Virus record (IMG/VR): IMGVR_UViG_3300035703_000044
Coordinates: 1 to 64,000 of that record
From: a virus
Length of the DNA stretch: 64,000 nt
Strand: one strand, 5' to 3'
Part shown: positions 59,376 to 64,000 of the stretch, in pieces
Position numbering within the stretch: the first letter of the stretch is position 1
Layout: every line of letters starts with the position of its first letter
Program-made: the position numbers and the translations under genes
The notes under the pieces: model-generated
The model's input: the letters and a program-made list of their open reading frames with translations, nothing else
The model's database searches: none
Told to the model about the DNA's origin: nothing

Positions 59376-59446
59376 GCGAGTGTGGTGTAGTGGTAACATG
59401 CGAGCCTTCCAAGCTCTTGTCACGGGTTCGAACCCCGTCACTCGCT
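59376..59446 (+). tRNA. tRNA-Gly(UCC)
   Basis: GAGC-CT-TCC-AA-GCTC; acceptor GCGAGTG/CACTCGC; U73. Confidence 0.92.
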
Positions 59447-59448
59447 CT

Positions 59449-59520
59449 CCTCTGGTAGTCTATTGGTAAGGACACCCCGACAAGGGAGTTGGAAATTGGG
59501 TTCGATTCCCAGACAGAGGT
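59449..59520 (+). tRNA. atypical tRNA-like gene (aberrant anticodon arm, GAC in loop)
   Basis: Acceptor CCTCTG/CAGAGG; D-arm and TTGGG-TTCGATT-CCCAG T-arm present; anticodon arm only CCC-GACAA-GGG. Confidence 0.55.
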
Positions 59521-59524
59521 ACAT

Positions 59525-59600
59525 TCCCCTATAGCTCAATTGGCAGAGCACGGAGCTGTTAACTCTGGGGTTGTTAGTTCGAGTCTAACTGGGGGAGCCA
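59525..59600 (+). tRNA. tRNA-Asn(GUU), encoded CCA
   Basis: GGAG-CT-GTT-AA-CTCT; ends GCCA. Confidence 0.92.
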
Positions 59601-59601
59601 C

Positions 59602-59674
<73 letters not shown>

Positions 59675-59695
59675 CATAAATATTTCAAAAAGATA

Positions 59696-60133
59696 ATGGA
59701 CGAGTTATACCAGTCATTACACAAAGCACAAACAAGTCTTTTTTGTTTAATGCAAAAGACTTGGGTATATCATTGGAATGTGGTTGGTTCGGATTTCTTT
59801 GAACTTCATGAAGCATTTGGTGAACAATATACTACAATGCAAGGTGAACTAGATAGATTGACTGAACATATGAGATATCTTCGCATGAAAGCTATCTCAC
59901 CAATCAGTAGAGTCATTGAAACATGCGAGATTCCAGAAGCATCATCAAACCCAACTGATAAATCTATGGTTTCTCAGTTGCTTGCAGACAATAAAAAGAT
60001 GATTGAACTTCTCACTTCTGTTGTAGAAGAATCTGAAAAAACAAAACAATATACTACATCAAATATTGCTCAGGATTTAATTGAAACACATGGCAAATTT
60101 GTTTGGATGTTACGATCGTATTTGAAAGAATGA
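59696..60133 (+). CDS. dps: Dps family ferritin-like protein
   Basis: 'YHWNVVG.DFFELHEAF.EQY', 'DRLTEH', 'GKFVWML'. Confidence 0.92.
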   Translation: MDELYQSLHKAQTSLFCLMQKTWVYHWNVVGSDFFELHEAFGEQYTTMQGELDRLTEHMRYLRMKAISPISRVIETCEIPEASSNPTDKSMVSQLLADNKKMIELLTSVVEESEKTKQYTTSNIAQDLIETHGKFVWMLRSYLKE

Positions 60134-60303
60134 AAAAGAAAACCTTTAACAAACTTATTCAAAAACCTTTGAGGTTTCATCATCAAGATATTCATGAGGA
60201 ACTTGATATTATTAAGTTAGAACTATTAGAGATTAGGAGATTATTGCAAGATGTTAATCGTGAGATGCCGAGATTGCAACAAGGAGATAACCAGCACGAA
60301 TAA
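60130..60303 (+). CDS. hypothetical protein
   Basis: ATG coupled to the dps stop; overlaps the next ORF. Confidence 0.45.
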   Translation: MKKKTFNKLIQKPLRFHHQDIHEELDIIKLELLEIRRLLQDVNREMPRLQQGDNQHE

Positions 60304-60496
60304 AACTCAGGTGTGTGGTTGTCCAAATACTATGACTGTCAAAGGTGACAGTGTTTCAGCTGTTGACTTAAGTAGAGTAGTTATGGTAAACTCTACACAG
60401 AAAGAACAAAGAAATGTTCTGACTTCTCAAGATCTTGCTTTTCAGGAAGCAAGGAGACAACGCAAAGTTCGTAAACTGGACTTTGAGATTCGATAG
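60251..60496 (+). CDS. small Cys-rich hypothetical protein
   Basis: 'CRDC...CGCPN', 'SAVDLS'. Confidence 0.7.
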   Translation: MLIVRCRDCNKEITSTNKTQVCGCPNTMTVKGDSVSAVDLSRVVMVNSTQKEQRNVLTSQDLAFQEARRQRKVRKLDFEIR

Positions 60497-60582
60497 GAAG
60501 GTCAAGCCGATAGGTGACGGCAGCTGTCTTGAAAACAGTCGAGGTGTTAAAGCCCTTAGGCGTTCGATTCGCCTACCTTCCG
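60496..60582 (+). tRNA. tRNA-Ser(UGA)
   Basis: GCTGT-CT-TGA-AA-ACAGT; long variable arm; G73. Confidence 0.9.
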
Positions 60583-60705
60583 TTACATAAGATACAGATT
60601 TAAGATTTTGTTTCGTTTTCTGTATCGCAGTGTTACAGAATCCTGACATATAGTTGACTTTGAAAAACCAGTGATTAGTATATATTAGTAATACGAATCA
60701 CAGAC

Positions 60706-60855
60706 ATGGACCAACATACCTATAATAATTGGGTCCGTATAAAGGAAACATTTGAAGCATCTGGTAATACAGATAATATGTTTTACAAGAGATCAGTGGA
60801 GATAGTTAAGACTAGAAGAGATCCCTTGGCAAAGTTTCTTGGAGATGAAAAGTAA
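60706..60855 (+). CDS. 49 aa hypothetical protein (not in ORF track)
   Basis: MDQHTYNNWVRIKETFEASGNTDNMFYKRSVEIVKTRRDPLAKFLGDEK. Confidence 0.6.
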   Translation: MDQHTYNNWVRIKETFEASGNTDNMFYKRSVEIVKTRRDPLAKFLGDEK

Positions 60856-60873
60856 GATTATACATAGAGTACG

Positions 60874-60987
60874 ATGAGACATCTTGTTGTGGAATTACTT
60901 AATAATAATCTGTTCTTATTCATCTTGTGTTACCTCTTGACAATGGTTCCAATCTTGGGTATAATGATCATACACAAAAACAAATAA
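60874..60987 (+). CDS. 37 aa single-transmembrane peptide (not in ORF track)
   Basis: MRHLVVELLNNNLFLFILCYLLTMVPILGIMIIHKNK. Confidence 0.45.
   Translation: MRHLVVELLNNNLFLFILCYLLTMVPILGIMIIHKNK
60937..60965 (+). promoter_or_regulatory. consensus sigma70 promoter for tRNA-Pro
   Basis: TTGACA-N17-TATAAT. Confidence 0.85.
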
Positions 60988-61061
60988 CGGGGTGTAGCTC
61001 AGTTTGGTAGAGCGCTGCTTTTGGGAAGCAGAAGTCGTAGGTTCGAATCCTGTCACCCCGA
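60988..61061 (+). tRNA. tRNA-Pro(UGG)
   Basis: CTGCT-TT-TGG-GA-AGCAG; C1:G72, A73. Confidence 0.93.
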
Positions 61062-61077
61062 TCATAAAACTCACTTT

Positions 61078-61305
61078 ATGAAAATGCAAGAAATTTCTGA
61101 ACTTCAATCATTCACTGTAGAAGAGTTTCAAACTGACTTTGATAATCTTATGGATAGAGTAGAACAAGGAGAATCGTTTATCATAACAAGTGAACATGGT
61201 AGTGCAGTTATGGTGCCATATAAAGAAGTGGTAGAAGTATTTGAAGAATGTGGTGTGAGTGAGGATATAATACGCATTCACACCAACCACGAAGAAGGTT
61301 CATAA
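61078..61305 (+). CDS. Phd/YefM antitoxin-like protein
   Basis: 'FTVEEFQTDFDNLMDRVEQGESFIITSEHGSAVMVP' matches the Phd N-terminal pattern. Confidence 0.65.
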   Translation: MKMQEISELQSFTVEEFQTDFDNLMDRVEQGESFIITSEHGSAVMVPYKEVVEVFEECGVSEDIIRIHTNHEEGS

Positions 61306-61312
61306 TTTTCTC

Positions 61313-61384
61313 GGGACTGTCGCCTATTGGCTAAGGCCCACTGCTTATAACGGTGTGAACTGGGTTCAATTCCCAGCAGTCCTA
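61313..61384 (+). tRNA. tRNA-Ile(UAU)
   Basis: CACTG-CT-TAT-AA-CGGTG; A73. Confidence 0.85.
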
Positions 61385-61387
61385 CTT

Positions 61388-61460
61388 GCTCCTTTAGCTC
61401 TCTGGTGAAAGCACTCTGCTCATAACAGAAGAAAGGTCAGTTCGATCCTGACAAGGAGCA
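61388..61460 (+). tRNA. tRNA with CAU anticodon (elongator Met, or Ile2)
   Basis: TCTG-CT-CAT-AA-CAGA; paired G1:C72, so not an initiator. Confidence 0.88.
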
Positions 61461-61463
61461 CTA

Positions 61464-61515
61464 GGACAGAAACTCTTCTGTCCATCTTGACTTCTCCAAG
61501 TCAAACCCTTATAAT
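61464..61515 (+). promoter_or_regulatory. GGACAG-N8-CTGTCC palindrome plus sigma70-like promoter
   Basis: Palindrome 61464-61483; TTGACT(61487)-N17-TATAAT(61510). Confidence 0.7.
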
Positions 61516-61537
61516 ACTAAGGTCAACATTCAAAACA

Positions 61538-61753
61538 ATGACTCTCAATTCCAAATTCAAGAAAGACATCCAAACCCTTCGTGGTGCAGCAAACGGTGAA
61601 TTTTATCTTGATGTGAAGAATCCGAAACTTTACAAAAAGGTTCGTCGGTACTATGAAAGTGAAGGTGTAGTATTCTCTGGTGATCCTCTGGATGATTATG
61701 AAATGCTTATGGAATATGTGTATAGTGACCTTGAATCTGTGGAAGTAGCATGA
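61538..61753 (+). CDS. conserved cyanophage hypothetical protein
   Basis: 'LDVKNPKLYKKVRRYYE.EGV.FSGDP.DDY'. Confidence 0.75.
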   Translation: MTLNSKFKKDIQTLRGAANGEFYLDVKNPKLYKKVRRYYESEGVVFSGDPLDDYEMLMEYVYSDLESVEVA

Positions 61754-61998
61754 CAACACGACTTCCTAAAGTTCTTTTGGAACGAGAAGGATATCGTTTC
61801 GTTGAAGTGGGTATTCTTGAAATCAACGGTAAACCTGATTACCGTATGCAAAAACAAAACGAATACACCAAACGTTGGAATGACATTTATCTTTTTGATA
61901 ATGTTCTACAATGTTCTACTGCAATGGAAGATATTGAGTATGCGAAATGGTTAGATCCAGATCGTGTTCCTTGTTATGTGAGAGATGATGATGAGTAA
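61750..61998 (+). CDS. conserved hypothetical protein
   Basis: 'YRFVEVG....NGKPDYRMQK', 'AMEDIEYAKWL'. Confidence 0.75.
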   Translation: MTTRLPKVLLEREGYRFVEVGILEINGKPDYRMQKQNEYTKRWNDIYLFDNVLQCSTAMEDIEYAKWLDPDRVPCYVRDDDE

Positions 61999-62046
61999 AT
62001 AGTCACGGATGGACTATAACAGCACTGGTCGGGAGCAAAACCCCTT

Positions 62047-62280
62047 ATGTCTAAATCTGATATTCTCAGATACATTGGTAATGTTCTTCTCTTATCAGGA
62101 TACTTTTTCCTTTTATGGGGAGATCCAAAATCTGGGTTATTAGTTAAGTGTATAGGAAATGCATTTGTAATTCCCTTTGCACTTAAGTATAAGTTCTGGG
62201 ACATTTTAATTCTATGTGGTTTTTATGCCGCGATTGAGATACCAAAACTTATACAACTTTTCTTAGTTTCTCAAAACTGA
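62047..62280 (+). CDS. small multi-pass membrane protein
   Basis: 77 aa with about three hydrophobic segments. Confidence 0.65.
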   Translation: MSKSDILRYIGNVLLLSGYFFLLWGDPKSGLLVKCIGNAFVIPFALKYKFWDILILCGFYAAIEIPKLIQLFLVSQN

Positions 62281-62400
62281 GTGGTGGAGTCAAATGACCC
62301 CTATGAGTTTCTTGCTTCTCTCAAGAGCAAGTGGTGCGGATGGAGGTTACTCCCGCTGAGTTTCTTGTTTTCTCGTACTCAAAACAAGTGGCGAGCCTGA
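62258..62400 (+). ncRNA. wcaG-like structured RNA, tandem UGGYG units
   Basis: Three hairpin+TGGYG units upstream of an NAD-dependent epimerase, the known context of the cyanophage wcaG RNA motif. Confidence 0.75.
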
Positions 62401-62408
62401 GTTACATA

Positions 62409-62444
62409 AGAGGAGTTGCATAAACTCCTCTTTTTTTGTATAAT
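62409..62444 (+). terminator. terminator overlapping a sigma70-like promoter
   Basis: AGAGGAGTT..AACTCCTCT plus T-run; TTGCAT(62416)-N17-TATAAT(62439). Confidence 0.8.
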
Positions 62445-62471
62445 AGATAGTACAGAGATTATTCATTTTCT

Positions 62472-63518
62472 ATGAGTCAATATGTAAAGAAGGCACTTGT
62501 GCTTGGTGCTGGTGGTTTTATTGGAAGTCATATGGTGAAGAGACTTCGTTCGGAAGGATATTGGGTTCGTGGTGTGGACCTAAAATATCCAGAATTTTCT
62601 GGGACTGAAGCCAATGAATTTGTTATTGGTGATCTGAGAGATGTTTCTTTTGTAGAACGAGTCATTCAATATAAAGGTGATCGTGGAAACTTTTATAAGT
62701 TTGTTCCATCCAGATATCTTCAGGCATTTGATGAAATTTATCAGTTTGCTGCTGATATGGGTGGTGCTGGATTTGTTTTTAGTGGAGAAAATGATGCAGA
62801 TATTATGCATAACTCCGCTACAATTAATCTAAATGTTCTTGAGTCTGTAAGAAAGTTTAATGACTTTCTTGGCAAAAATGTAACCAAAGTTTTCTATTCT
62901 GGATCTGCTTGCATGTATCCAGAACATAATCAGTTAGATCCAGACAACCCCGATTGTCGTGAAGAGTCTGCATATCCCGCTAACCCAGATTCAGAATATG
63001 GATGGGAAAAACTCTTTTCTGAACGTCTGTACTTTGCTTATCATCGCAACTATGGTATTCCTGTACGTGTTGCTCGATACCACAATATTTTTGGACCAGA
63101 AGGGACTTGGACTGGTGGTAGGGAAAAGGCCCCTGCAGCTATTTGTCGCAAAGTAGCAGAACTTCCTGATCTTGGTGGAACGATTGAAGTGTGGGGTGAT
63201 GGAGAACAGACACGTTCATTCCTTTATGTTGATGAGTGTATTGAAGCAACTCGTCGCATGATGGATTCCAATTTCATTGGACCAGTGAATATTGGTTCCG
63301 AAGAGATGGTGACGATTAATCAACTCGTAGATACTGTTTCTAAGGTTGCTGGCATCCCTGTAAAGAGACAACATAAACTTGATGCTCCTCTTGGTGTTCG
63401 TGGTCGCAACTCTAATAATGATCTGATTCGTGAAAAATTAGGTTGGGATTATGAACAGACTCTTGAAGAAGGCATTCGCAAAACATATTTCTGGATCAAA
63501 GAACAACTGCAAAAATGA
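62472..63518 (+). CDS. NAD-dependent epimerase, GDP-mannose 3,5-epimerase-like
   Basis: 'GAGGFIG', 'AADMGGAGF', 'SACMYP', 'YGWEK', 'GGREKAPAAICRK'. Confidence 0.9.
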   Translation: MSQYVKKALVLGAGGFIGSHMVKRLRSEGYWVRGVDLKYPEFSGTEANEFVIGDLRDVSFVERVIQYKGDRGNFYKFVPSRYLQAFDEIYQFAADMGGAGFVFSGENDADIMHNSATINLNVLESVRKFNDFLGKNVTKVFYSGSACMYPEHNQLDPDNPDCREESAYPANPDSEYGWEKLFSERLYFAYHRNYGIPVRVARYHNIFGPEGTWTGGREKAPAAICRKVAELPDLGGTIEVWGDGEQTRSFLYVDECIEATRRMMDSNFIGPVNIGSEEMVTINQLVDTVSKVAGIPVKRQHKLDAPLGVRGRNSNNDLIREKLGWDYEQTLEEGIRKTYFWIKEQLQK

Positions 63519-64000
63519 CTATCAGTTTTAACCTTTTGGGACATCATGGTAGACTCGGTAACCAGATGTTCCAGTATGCAACTTTAAAATCTATTGCTAC
63601 AAAACACGGATACGAGTTTACGATCCCTCCAAGTGATTTCAATGATCCTTGGCACGATCATCAACTCTTTGAGGGATTTGAACTTTATTCTCTACCAAAA
63701 GAGAATATTGGGTATAATCAAACAGATAAGAGAGTTGAGGAAGGTCACTTTCATTTCAATCAAGAACTTTATGAAAGTTGTCCTGATGATATAGATCTTT
63801 TTGGATACTTTCAAACTGAAAAGTATTTCTCAGACATCAAAGAAGATGTAAAAAAAGATTTTACATTTAAAGAAAATATTCTTTCAGTCGCAAAAGATTA
63901 CAGAAGTCAAATTGAGAGTGATGAAGTTATCTCATTACATGTTCGTAGAGGAGATTATGTAAATCAACCTTGGCATGGATGTTGTCCCCTTGAATATTAT
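63515..64000 (+). CDS. GT11 alpha-1,2-fucosyltransferase-like protein (partial, runs off the window; not in ORF track)
   Basis: ATG63515 reads MTISFNLLGHHGRLGNQMFQYA...GYFQTEKYF...SLHVRRGDY. Confidence 0.9.
   Translation, partial: MTISFNLLGHHGRLGNQMFQYATLKSIATKHGYEFTIPPSDFNDPWHDHQLFEGFELYSLPKENIGYNQTDKRVEEGHFHFNQELYESCPDDIDLFGYFQTEKYFSDIKEDVKKDFTFKENILSVAKDYRSQIESDEVISLHVRRGDYVNQPWHGCCPLEYY

Noticed and set aside
60621-60638. Possible NtcA box (TGTATCGCAGTGTTACA)
   Set aside because: Spacing is GTA-N9-TAC, not the required N8
62258-62400. Mini-CRISPR interpretation of the repeated units
   Set aside because: The repeats conserve structure rather than sequence, there are no uniform spacers, and no cas gene is in the window

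Overview
This is a 64-kb, AT-rich segment of a T4-like myophage genome, almost certainly a cyanomyophage (Kyanoviridae-like; a freshwater Synechococcus/Cyanobium-type host is an inference). All credible genes lie on the + strand. In order, the window holds the neck, tail-completion and terminase genes (gp13-17) interrupted by fibre/propeller and internal-head-protein genes; tail and head genes (gp18-23, gp3); uvsY, uvsW, gp55, gp47 and gp46; a VWA/peptidase plus CobS-like AAA+ pair; the replisome (gp45, gp44, gp62, regA, hsp20, gp43, uvsX, gp41, mazG) with two GIY-YIG/NUMOD3 homing endonucleases; late accessory genes; primase and nrdAB; an RlpA-like gene; a tRNA array with Dps and a Phd-like gene; and the start of a sugar-modification island (GDP-mannose 3,5-epimerase-like, GT11). 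The most interesting signals are mostly non-coding: a ROSE-like thermometer on hsp20, inverted repeats around the late promoters of both endonucleases, a tandem wcaG-like RNA array, a GC-rich structured leader on rlpA, a tRNA-like gene with an aberrant anticodon arm, and a GGACAG-N8-CTGTCC palindrome. Notable coding signals are capsid-targeting-like N-termini (one on a nucleotidyltransferase), a DUF4338/DruA-like gene inside the clamp-loader operon, and a possible NblA-like micro-ORF. All calls come from motif recognition by eye; no searches were run.
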